A DNA stretch of 61,952 bases, counting the filler, from Fonticula-like sp. SCN 57-25 (lineage: Eukaryota), in assembly GCA_001724245.1 (NCBI GenBank). It is 3 parts of 3 records of this genome, joined end to end, with 100 filler letters (N's around TTAATTAATTAA, not from the genome) between each part and the next. Parts side by side here need not be neighbours in the genome. Positions count along the whole stretch, not along the records: positions 1 to 22,749 come from MEDX01000097.1; 2 more parts are not named here. One strand, given 5' to 3'. Every line of letters starts with the position of its first letter. The first letter of the stretch is position 1. Under the pieces are notes generated by a model. It ran no database searches. It was not told the origin of the DNA and saw nothing but the letters and a program-made list of their open reading frames with translations. Of this stretch, positions 1 to 9,835 are shown one piece after another. The position numbers were made by a program, and so were the translations under genes.

Positions 1-1
1 A

Positions 2-106
2 GTTGTGAATGTGCAGGGAACGCAGTACTGCAAGCTGCAGAGGAACGAGCAGGGGGAAACCGTCAAGCTCGCAAGTGTGATTGCGCAGCTCGACGCAAGG
101 GGGTAG
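2..106 (+). CDS. 3' end of a gene entering the window; C-terminus weakly resembles replication licensing factor Cdt1
   Basis: Open frame VVNVQGTQYCKLQRNEQGETVKLASVIAQLDARG* ends in TAG at 104-106, followed by AT-rich sequence. The Y-x-K-L plus terminal helix pattern recalls the Cdt1 C-terminus (weak). Confidence 0.3.
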   Translation, partial: VVNVQGTQYCKLQRNEQGETVKLASVIAQLDARG

Positions 107-183
107 AGGTACTTTCGGCATTTTTATGGCATTTTATGTGCATTTATTGCTTGTATATTACGCTTTGGCGGCTTTTCTTGTAC

Positions 184-1514
184 ATTCTTGTTACGAATTG
201 ATCATAAAGAGAATAGTTTTGGTTTGATCTTGATGTATGGAACATTCAAAAAGTACTTTTTCAAAAAGTATTTTTGGAACCGATCGGATCCCTACTCGAA
301 ACCCTGTCAAAAATGCGATTTGATTATGATTTCGTATTTTTAGAGGGATTCGGAAATACAAAAACTTTTTGGGCCCTAATCTAATCGTGCTCAAAAATGC
401 GATCTGATTATGATTTCGTATTTCAAGGGAGATTCGGATATACGTTAAGGCGGGGTTGAAAGGCAAAAAGCAGTAAAATGGCCGCCAAAGTGTGTGCCGG
501 AAAAGTTTTTGTAAAAAACCTTTTGCAATAGCTGCGCCGAAATGCGACTCATCTGCTGTGCTATATTTTAAGAGGGGTCGACGGCGAAAAGTACTTTTTT
601 TTTTAAAAAAATGAACTTTCGCCAAAAGTACATTTCGAGGAAGTAAAAAGTACTTTTCGGCAAAAACTTTTACACAACCAACGTCAAAATGCGCTTTGAC
701 TACAGTGCTGTATTTTACAAGGGGCGTTAATGGCGAAAAGTACTTTTTGGCAAAGAGCACTAAAAAGTTCTTTTGCCAAAGACCTCGTTCAGCATGTCGT
801 ATTCTTGTTACGAATTGATCATAAAGAGCATAGTAATTGAACAGATATTGTGCGGCGCTGGCGTTTTGCAGTGTTCTTTGGGATCATTATTAACACATTC
901 AAAATACACTTTGCAACTGAACGGCCGATTACAGTTTTGGTTTGATCTTGATGTATGGAACATTCAAAAAGTACTTTTCCAAAAAGTGTTTTTGGAACCG
1001 AACAGACCCCCTCTCGAAACCCTGTCAAAAATGCAATCTGATTATGATTTCGTATTTTTAGAGGGATTCGGATATACGAAAAACTTTTTGGGCCCTAATC
1101 TAATCATGCTCAAAAATGCGATCTGATTATGATTTCGTATTTCAAGAGGGATTCGGATATACGTTAAGGCGGGGTTGAAAGGCAAAAAGCAGTAAAATGG
1201 CCGCCAAAGTGTGTGCCGGAAAAGTTCTTTTACAAAACCTTTTGCAATAGCTGCGTCTAAATGCGACTCATTTGCTGTGCTGTATTTCAAGAGGGGTCGA
1301 CGGCGAAAAGTACTTTTTTTTTGTAAAAGAATTTCCGCAAAAGTACATTTCGAGAAAGTAAAAAGTACTTTTCGGCAAAACTTTTACACAACCAACGTCA
1401 AAATGCGCTTTGACTACAGTGCTGTATTTTACAAGGGGTGTCAATTGCGAAAAGTACTTTTTGGCAAAGAGCACTAAAAAGTTCATTAGCCAAATATCTC
1501 GTACAGCACGTCGT
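184..1514. repeat. Head-to-tail tandem duplication of an AT-rich ~0.6-0.7 kb unit with internal subrepeats
   Basis: Copy A (~184-800) and copy B (~801-1514) both begin ATTCTTGTTACGAATTGATCATAAAGAG. Copy B has an extra ~100 nt at ~832-932. Several AAAAGTACTTTT palindromes per unit. Confidence 0.9.
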
Positions 1515-1584
1515 TCTCTCATGCCGATCAGACGAAATAAGCCAAAATCAGAAAAATCAGTCATCACTCGGTCGTCCTGGCAAC

Positions 1585-2066
1585 ATGCAGCGCAGCATCG
1601 CCGTCCTTTTGGTGTCGTTGGTGCTCGTCGGAGCCGCGCTTGGCGCGTCAGATGAGCGCTGGGCCACGAGCGAGTACGTTAACAAACTTATCACTCTTTG
1701 CTTGCTGCTGACGATGCCGCCAGACACATGGCGGAGCACGCCGAGGAGCTCGGACTGAACGGCCACTTTAAGGCAGGGGAGGAGCACGCCTTCTTCTTTA
1801 CACTGTTTGACGCCAACCAGGACGGGTGCGCATTCATAGTCTATTTAATTATTGCCTCCTTTCTTTTCTTTGTTGGCCAACACCGCGCGCTTAACAGATA
1901 CCTCGATGGCCATGAGCTCCGCCTGTCCCTGCACGACACCAAGGCGCACGACGAGGGGATGCCAAAGGTGAAGGCGCTCGAGACGCGCGTCGACGAAATG
2001 CTGCGCAAGTACGATGTGGACCGCGACGGGAGGCTGAGTCTTGGCGAGAGCTTGTCGATGCAGTAG
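1585..2066 (+). CDS. MCFD2: Secreted/ER-luminal two-EF-hand protein, MCFD2-like (3 exons)
   Basis: Signal peptide MQRSIAVLLVSLVLVGAALG; spliced EF-hands FDANQDGYLDGHEL and YDVDRDGRLSLGE; introns near 1674-1723 and 1826-1898. Confidence 0.65.
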
Positions 2067-2299
2067 CACGCCCGGATCGAAGGCAGACAGCATTGGTTCA
2101 TTTACCTTAACCGCCCTAGCGGAATATTCATTTTGCATAGCCAATTGAACGCATATCTGTATTTTAATTTGAAAATAAAAGCGATTCGAATTGCCAACGT
2201 TTATCTTTGAACCATTTCCGCGCGCAGAGTTTTTAGTGACGTTTACATGTCTGTCATTGTGTATACTGTTACAAGTTGTTGCTTTCGCATGAGATACAT

Positions 2300-2930
2300 C
2301 TAGTCGCGATGGTCGTTCATCGCTCTCCTCTTGAAGCGCTGCTGGTCGTCGTCCCCGTCGTCGCGGCCCCTCTTTTCCCCGCCATGCCAGCGGTCCCCGC
2401 CGCCTCCCCTCCTGAACGGCATCCGGCCCGTCTTGACACGGCCCCACTCGCGATCACGCTTATACCCAGTGTCCCAGTCGATCTGGAGCGGGCGGTCATC
2501 CAGCTTGAGGCCTTTGAGCACAGTCACAGCGCGCTCGGCATCATCGCGGGCGCGGTACCTGGCGGGATTCGGTGAGCTTCGACCAATACAAACAAGCAGG
2601 CGTACTCGACAAAGCAGAATCCGCAAGGGACCTTTTGCACGCGATCAAGACCCATAATAACGCGACGAACCGGTCCCATTGTCCCAAAAAAGAGGTAAAT
2701 CTGCTCCTCGCGCGTTTCGTTCGACAGGCCGCCGACATACAGGGTCGTCGTTGTGCTGAGGGCGGGCGTATCGATTCCGATCTTGTCCTGCAACACGGGG
2801 CGTCAGGAACAGGTTACAACATAAAAGAAAAAAAAGGGGCACGTACAGCAGCATCAAACTGTGAAACGCGCTCCAAGTAGGTCGACTTGGCCACCACTGC
2901 CGGGAACAATTCCCGGGTGACTGCCTCCAT
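2300..2930 (-). CDS. NCBP2: Nuclear cap-binding protein subunit 2 (CBP20)-like RRM protein, divergent (3 exons)
   Basis: TLYVGGLS..TREEQIY, IMGLDR..K.PCGFCFVEY, LDDR...DWD.G match CBP20; ATG at 2930 (MEAVTRELF). Confidence 0.85.
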
Positions 2931-3173
2931 TGCGGTGATCGTTCAAACGCCGTCTGATTTCTCTGATTTCTTCTGATTTGTTGATGTAACCCTCTGCAGG
3001 TGGNGAGCAAGCACTAAATAGAAACATTTTAACTTATTTATTGTTTACATGTAGCTAAATGCAAACACTACATGCTAAATATCATACTGAAATGCAAACC
3101 TGATGCGAGGCAATTGATAGAACTCTTCACAACTTACAGGGGGGCATTAATATACACTCAAATTCCGAATAGG

Positions 3174-4097
3174 TTAACGACGCGTGGCCACAGGCATCGG
3201 GGCGGTCACCATTGCCGGCATCATTTGATTGCGAGGCTGCTGGTAGGCTTGGAGGTATTGATAGTCGGGGCTCATTTGGCCCATCTGCGTCTGGGCCATT
3301 TGGGGCTGGCTCATCTGGGGGCCCTGCATCCCCACCGACATGACGACCGGGTGCATCTGCATGGGCGCCATGCCGCCCATCGACGTCACCTGACCAAGGT
3401 GATTCACGGTCGCCATCTGAGGAGCCATGTTGTGCATGGTCGTCATCGGCATCTGCATCTGCATCTGGGGCACATTTTGCATACTGCGGCGAGCAGCACA
3501 TGTCAGCAACGAGGAAAGAAACATAATGGTAAAGGCGCACCGAAGCTGCTGCGAAGGCATCATATTGTGGGGCTGCGAGGCGGAAATGTACGTCGTCTGC
3601 GGCGCCTGCGCCGTCGTGGTAGTATTCGGGAAGCCCATTACCGACGACTGCAGGAGGTACGCGCGGTCAACGCGCAGCGTCTGGTTCTCGTTGGTGATGC
3701 GGTCAATGTGCTCAATGGCCTTTTGGAGGACAAACGCCTAAAAATGTGCGTTAGAGACCGAGAAAGGGTCCCTCTTTCGAGCGCGCACCATCTGGAGGCC
3801 CTCGCGGTCGGCGCAGTCAGGCAGCAGCCGCTGCAGCTGCGAAATCTTTTCATTAATGCGCTGGCGGCGACGGCGCTCAATGGCCGAATGCGAAATCTTC
3901 TTGCGAGCGATCGAGTCCTGCACCGCATCGACTAGGGAAGCCATTGGTTAAGATTCAAGTCGGGCAAAAAAAGTTGCCGTCGTACCTTCGCACTTCACTT
4001 CGGGCGAAGGGGTTGCCTCCGAGGGCTCCTCGGTAGCCCGTTTCAAGTCCTCCTCCTTGGCAGTAGCAACAGCCGCCAAGACTTCCATTGATGCCAT
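3174..4097 (-). CDS. bHLH(-ZIP) transcription factor, class B (USF/MITF/Cbf1-like) with Q/M-rich C-terminus
   Basis: KKISHSAIERRRRQRINEKISQLQRLLP...ASVLQKAIEHI after splicing; H-x3-E-x3-R basic region; start codon inferred. Confidence 0.85.
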
Positions 4098-5096
4098 TAA
4101 ACCTTCTGTGCTGTTAACGCGCTTCGGCCCGCCGACAGCGCCACCAAACTCTGTCGAGAGATGAATCTTCAGACGACGGTTGGGAGCTTTCGAAACTCGG
4201 CTTTCCCTCTTACCAGAAGAGAGAAAGGGGAGCTAGCAGAAGCACGCCTTGTGGGAGGTAGTGGCGGTTGCCAAAGTACAGCAGACGCCCTCTAGGAGTC
4301 GCGTCCGCGTGAAAGACAGAGAAGTGAAAAAAGACGGGGGCAACGGAAAGAGAAGCCGCCGCGAACGAAATACAAGGGAAAAGGACCAATCGGATGCCTG
4401 CCCGTGGCCAACGAGCACCTATCAACTCACGTGGAGCCCTCTCTGGCAAACGGTAATTGGTGCATCACCGCACGCAAAAATTTCCTTTTTCGGCAGAGTT
4501 GCACTTGCGGAATCCGTTTTTCTTTCGATTCCCGGAAAGCGACCACCCAAGAAGTGGCGTGACTACGGTTGTCCCACGGGGTTTCTGACGCTGAGAAAAT
4601 TGGTGGGAAAAGGGCGAAAGGGGGAGACCCGTTTGGGGAAGGCAGTCCGGAGGGAAAACAGGGGGAACACGGGGAACACGGAGAGGGGCACAGAGAGCAA
4701 TAAAAAGGGCGGAAAGTTGGTGGTTTATCTGGATTCTGCCGTTTGGGCACTACTCTCGGGCAAATATGAGTGGGCAGTTCTGCGGGCCGCGACCATATTG
4801 AATACACTAGGAACGGTCCTGTACCTTTACACAATAGCTGCACAATAGTTCTTTGTTCCCTAAAAGCCTACAACGTACGTGGCCGGACAGCCTCAGCCTA
4901 GGCCAGGCAGCCTATGGTAGGAAACAATGTGTCAGCATTTCGCTGTTCGATTTCCAGTCGATTTCAGCCACCTGAACTTGTCACGCAAATACATGAACGC
5001 AAAATATGAACGCGCGCGGTCAGAAATAAAGCGGGGATGGCTGCGCCGACACATCATGGTACATGAATATATTTGCTTGTAGAGTTACAATTATTG

Positions 5097-6615
5097 TTAC
5101 AAAATAATGACACGCGCGCGCCTCCTACTAAAGAGCGCCGGCTTCTTTGCTCGCGTCATTTGCCCGACCACGCATCGCTCCTCGGCATTGATGTAGCCGT
5201 TGATGTACTTTCGCTTCAGCATGTTTGCCACAATGCACTCGACCTCCTCGTAGGGCACGTGCGGCCGGCCCAGCTGCACCGCGCGGCACACCTCGTCCAG
5301 CTGGAGGCCGCCGTTGCTTCGAAGCCTCACGCTGCAGCAGCAGTCATAGTCAGCAGCGCACAGAAGAGGGCAAGGATGACGCACATTTTACGCAGCAGAT
5401 TCTCGTGAAGGACGTACTGAATGTCCTCGGCAAACAGAAACGACGTCCCTCGCCTGAAAAAGTGCGCCTCGTTCTCTGCGAACGCGCGGTCAAAGAGCGC
5501 CAGGTCGCCGCGCCTGAGCGCCGTCGCAATCGAGCCAAACATGGCCGACAGGTTGTACTGCTCGAGCAGCTTGGCCGTCGGCATGTACCCGTGGAACATC
5601 ATGAGCGGGATCAGGTACTCGAGAATCAGCCTAGCGCGCGCTGAGCATTCAATGCAGGGTACAGCGAACAGCATACCTTCTATTGTTGACGCTGCTGGCG
5701 GGGCAGAGGCGAAAGGCCTTTAGAAAGACGGTTGCCGCCTTGGCCTGCTGCTTGCTGTCCATCAGGTACAGGCCCTGGTAGTAGTAAAACACAACGGCGT
5801 CGCCCTTGTTGCCCACGGAAGCGACAGTGTCCAGAATGGAAAAGACAGACTTTAGCGTTGTGATGTTGCTTTCCTGCGTCCGCACGGCATCAGTAAATGG
5901 AGTAAAACAAAAGATTAAGCGCACCTCATACGCCGCCTTGAGGAACAGGTTGACGATCGGTAGCAGGTAACTCTGCGACTCGTAATTTTCCTGCTTCCTA
6001 TTCGCGTTGCATAAATAACAAAAGGAGCGAGCGGGATGCGCCGCACTGATGCCGAAGGAGCAACTGGAACGACTGCCGAAGTTCGTTAAAGTAGCGGCTA
6101 AACTCAGACTCCACCTCCTCGCTCCGCCCTTCACGCAGCAGCTGGCGCTTCGCCTACCATCATAAATTGGCACATGCCGCTGCCTCTGTCAAAAAGCTCT
6201 GGTGCGCACCGCTTTCATCAGCCGGCCCCACTCGACCGCAGCCGTGATCAACGTCTTGTGGGCCCAGCTGAACGCCGACTCGGAGCGCAGCGTGTGGACG
6301 ACGTCGTACTGATTCTTGGAGGCCGTCACGGCGTCATCGCTTTGATACCACGCAAAAGCGGCGCGCGCGTGCGACACAATCACGCCTTTCAGCACGTCAT
6401 TCCCGCGGACGACATCGCTGGCGCGCGAAATTACCTATCAACGCCATCCTGTTTGAGCGACATCTGGAAACACATTTAGAGCGACGCACGGCCTCGTCGC
6501 CGCCGTTTCCAAAGAGCTGTGCCGCATGAGCATCGCGCAGGCTCAGCAGCGTCTCCAGCTGCTTGTCGTCGCCGCGCTGCGCGCTCTGCTGCACCCGCTG
6601 CCCCCACTCGGCCAT
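5097..6615 (-). CDS. PCID2: PCI-domain protein PCID2/Thp1/CSN12-like (multi-exon)
   Basis: ILEYLIPLMMFHGYMPTAKLLEQYNL, FYYYQG and EEVECIVANMLKRKYINGYI match the PCID2 family; exon boundaries partly inferred. Confidence 0.8.
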
Positions 6616-6700
6616 CCCCTCTGACGCCGCAGCAGACGTTTGCAGTTTGCAGTTTGCACTTTTGTTTGCAAGTTGTTGGCAGCGCGCGCACGACGGTGCA

Positions 6701-8982
6701 ATGCCGCCGCGTCGAGTAACGCGAAGGAGCGCCGCCGCCGCCGCCGCGCCGGAGGAAATAGTGGCGCCAAAAAGGAGGGCTGCGTCCACAAAGAGGAGGA
6801 GCGCCGCGGCTGCAGAGAAGCCGCTCCCGGATGTTCTCATCATCGACGACGACGACGAGCCGTCAGAGCCCGAGGCCAAGGTTGCGCGTCTGCAAGATCC
6901 CCTTGAGACTGCGCCCGAGGCCGTAACAGGCTCCTCTGACGCAGCGGCCACTGTGCCCGCTATCTCTACTGAAGCGGCTGCTCTACCGGCCCCTGCGGCC
7001 CCAGCTGCCCACGAACCGCTGCCGCCGAGTCAGCATCCCACGACAACCGGGGCGGTTGAATCCGTCTCTTCGAGCCCTGCTTCGAGCGCACCTCAAAGCG
7101 ATTCAAGCTCTCTCCCTGCGGCGCCGCTTTCTGCGCCTGCTGCCGAGTTGCCCACTGCCGATCCGCCGACCGCGGCCGCGGTGCCGTCGTCATCGAATGC
7201 CGCCACGTCTGCATCGGAACCACTGCCCGCCGACATTAGGCCGGCCGACATCAAGCCCGCTGACGTGAAGCCGGCCGACGTCAAGTTTAAGCCGATTGTG
7301 CCAGCGCGCCGCGCACCGGCGGCCCCGCTGGAACTTCCTCCGCCGGTGCCGCGCCCGGCTGCCGCCCCCGCCGCCCCGGCGGTCCCGCGGCCCAAGGTCG
7401 ACGAATTCTTTTCCATGCGCAAGCCCAAAATTGCTCGTACGTCTTGCTATTTCATTGAACATTTTCTTCTTTTCAGCTTGTTTTTCTTACCTTTTCGGCC
7501 ATTCCCAGCCGTCATGGACGACCTGATTGACGACCAGGACCCCCTCTTTGCCGGCTCCAAGGTCCTCCAGGACCGCGACACGCGCCTCGTCCGCGCGATG
7601 GTCGCCAAAAAAGTGCCCGCCGCGTCGCTCACGCTGCGCGACCTCGGCGTCGAGGACGACTCTGACACTGTCTCGCCCGACGCGGCGGACGCGGCGGCTC
7701 GGCAGCGCGCCGAAGCCTCACGGCGGCTCGTGCTGCAGTCGCCCGGGATGGTCGAGGACCTTAAAATGCCGTCGCTGCCGGACGTTGTTCCGCTGTCGCT
7801 GCTGTCGCCGAGCAGCTCGTCAAAGGAGGCGCTCAAGCAGATGGTGCAGAAGGAGCAGGCGCGGCTGGCGACCAAGCAGGAGGCGGTCGAGGTCGACGAC
7901 GAGTACAGGCCAGACAAGGAGCTGTTGCTTGGGGCGTCGCCGGCGCGGTTGGCAGGGCAGGCAGGGAAAACACCGGGGACGCTGCAGTTTGCGGTACGTT
8001 TTTTATCATTGTGTTTATCGGTGAAATGGGACGAATTTGGTCGTTCTTTGGACTATTATAAGGGTTTTTTAAACACTTTTTGGATATTTTTGATTGCTTT
8101 GAAGTTATTTCTATGGTATATCTATTTGTGATTTGCTCTATCTACTGCCATTTTCATTGATTGCTCCCCTATAACCAATTACTGACCTTGCTGGTTCGTA
8201 GGTACTGTCGCTGCGCGACCCTCGCCCCCACGTGCAGCAGCCGTGGCCCGAGCGGCTCAGCATCCGCATGCAGCACGACACTCAGATGAGCGCCCTCTTT
8301 GACCGCTACTGCCAGCTGACGCGGCGCTCCTCGCACGACCTCCTCTTCCGCTTCCGCGGCGTCCGCATCTACAGCACTACAACAGTAAAGTCGCTCGATA
8401 TCCAGGCGGGCGACGAGATTGGTGCGGCTTTTTATGCGCAGCGCCATTTTTCTGACGGTTTATCTTACTTTTTTATCTCTTTTTGTGTCGGTTATGCAGA
8501 GGTTTCGACCCTGGAGATTGACCAGCAGCGGGCCAAGTTGGCCCAATTCGACTTAATGACTATGCTTGAGCAAAAGGGAATGAGTGACCAGAAGGTGGGG
8601 GCGGCCCACGTGGCCGCGCATGCTGCCGCGGCGGCGCCTCTGCAGCAGCGCGAGCCGTCGCCGCCGACTGAATCGCAAAATGAAGGCGCCGCCATGGTCA
8701 CGATCAAGATCAGGCAGGCCGACGGCACTGACTATGACGTCCGCATCCGCGTTGTACGCACATTTTCCTCTCTTTTCCTCTGTTTGTGGCGGCGCGCTGA
8801 CGGAAGCTGTGCAGTCGCACCCGGTAAGCAAGCTGTTCGACTATGTGGCCAACAAGAACGGCATGAGTCCGGGCGCGGTGGAGCTCCGGTTCGACGGCGA
8901 CAAGCTGAGCGGCTCGGCCATCATTGTGGACACGGGAATAGAGGACGAGGACATTGTCGACGTTGTCATTAAGGGAAAATAG
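6701..8982 (+). CDS. Rad60/Esc2/NFATC2IP-like protein with two C-terminal SUMO-like domains
   Basis: Disordered N-terminus with SIM-like VLIIDDDD; SLD1 (IRMQHDTQMSALFDRY..FRFRGVRI..LDIQAGDEI) and SLD2 (LRFDGDKL..GIEDEDIVDV). Confidence 0.75.
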
Positions 8983-9835
8983 TCTTTTGTGGGGTTCTTA
9001 TTTGGTTGTACAATAGCAATGAATGCATTCGATCCGTTCGGATATCCACGATCAGCATCGAAGGCGACACGCAAGAGTATAATGTAAACTCGAGTGGCGA
9101 ACGACGATCGTGTGGGCAAGGAAAGGCAGAGGCGGCAGGGGAAGGGCACTCATGCAGGCCGGTGCGATCCTGGGCCACCCGTCATCTTGAACATCGCGAA
9201 GACGCACGTCGCGAAGACGCTGGTGCTAAAAAGCAGGCTTTACGAAGCGTCAGCAAGCGAGAACAAGAGAGAGAAAAAAAAAGGCACAGTATCAAGATAA
9301 TAACATTGAAAGAGAAAAGGAATGACCGCTCAGCCTACAGTCAGCCCAGGTATATGGAACCAGGGTAACGGGAAGGAGATCGTATACGTGCTATAGCACC
9401 CGCTTGTAGCCACATTGCGACCGAAGAAATACGCAACGCGGCAAAGAAAGGGCGCGACAAGAGAAATCAAGACGACAGCAACACGCACACACATACTGAA
9501 AGGTAAAAAAGTCAACGTACTCGGCATCGAAAGAGATCTCACGTCGCCATTTTACGTCCGTCCAGGCCACGAGGCGGAAAGAGCGGGCGAAAGAGATTTG
9601 AATTTTCCTCTAATTTCTCGATCGCTTATTGGTCCAAAAATAGCCAAAGCGATGAATGTTGTGGGCTGGTTGTGGGCTGTTTGCGGGTGGCCAACGGCTC
9701 GCAAGATCGTTTTACTAAAATATATATTGATACCCATAATCACAGCAAAGCATAGCCTTGAAAGACTCAAAAATAGTACATGAACAAAAGAGGCACAGCA
9801 TAATATAGTTCTAAAAATCGTCGAGAAAATTTCTT

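Noticed and set aside
191-1477. Several ORFs of 69-189 aa within the AT-rich repeat
   Set aside because: They are K/F-rich translations of the repeat on both strands, frames are not preserved between copies, and no domain is visible.
184-1514. Possible CRISPR array (repeats with palindromes)
   Set aside because: Whole units including the would-be spacers are duplicated, the context is eukaryotic, and no cas genes are present.
3174-4097. bHLH gene as SREBP, given the site-2 protease in the window
   Set aside because: The basic region has Arg (ERRRR) rather than the SREBP-specific Tyr, and no TM segments are present.
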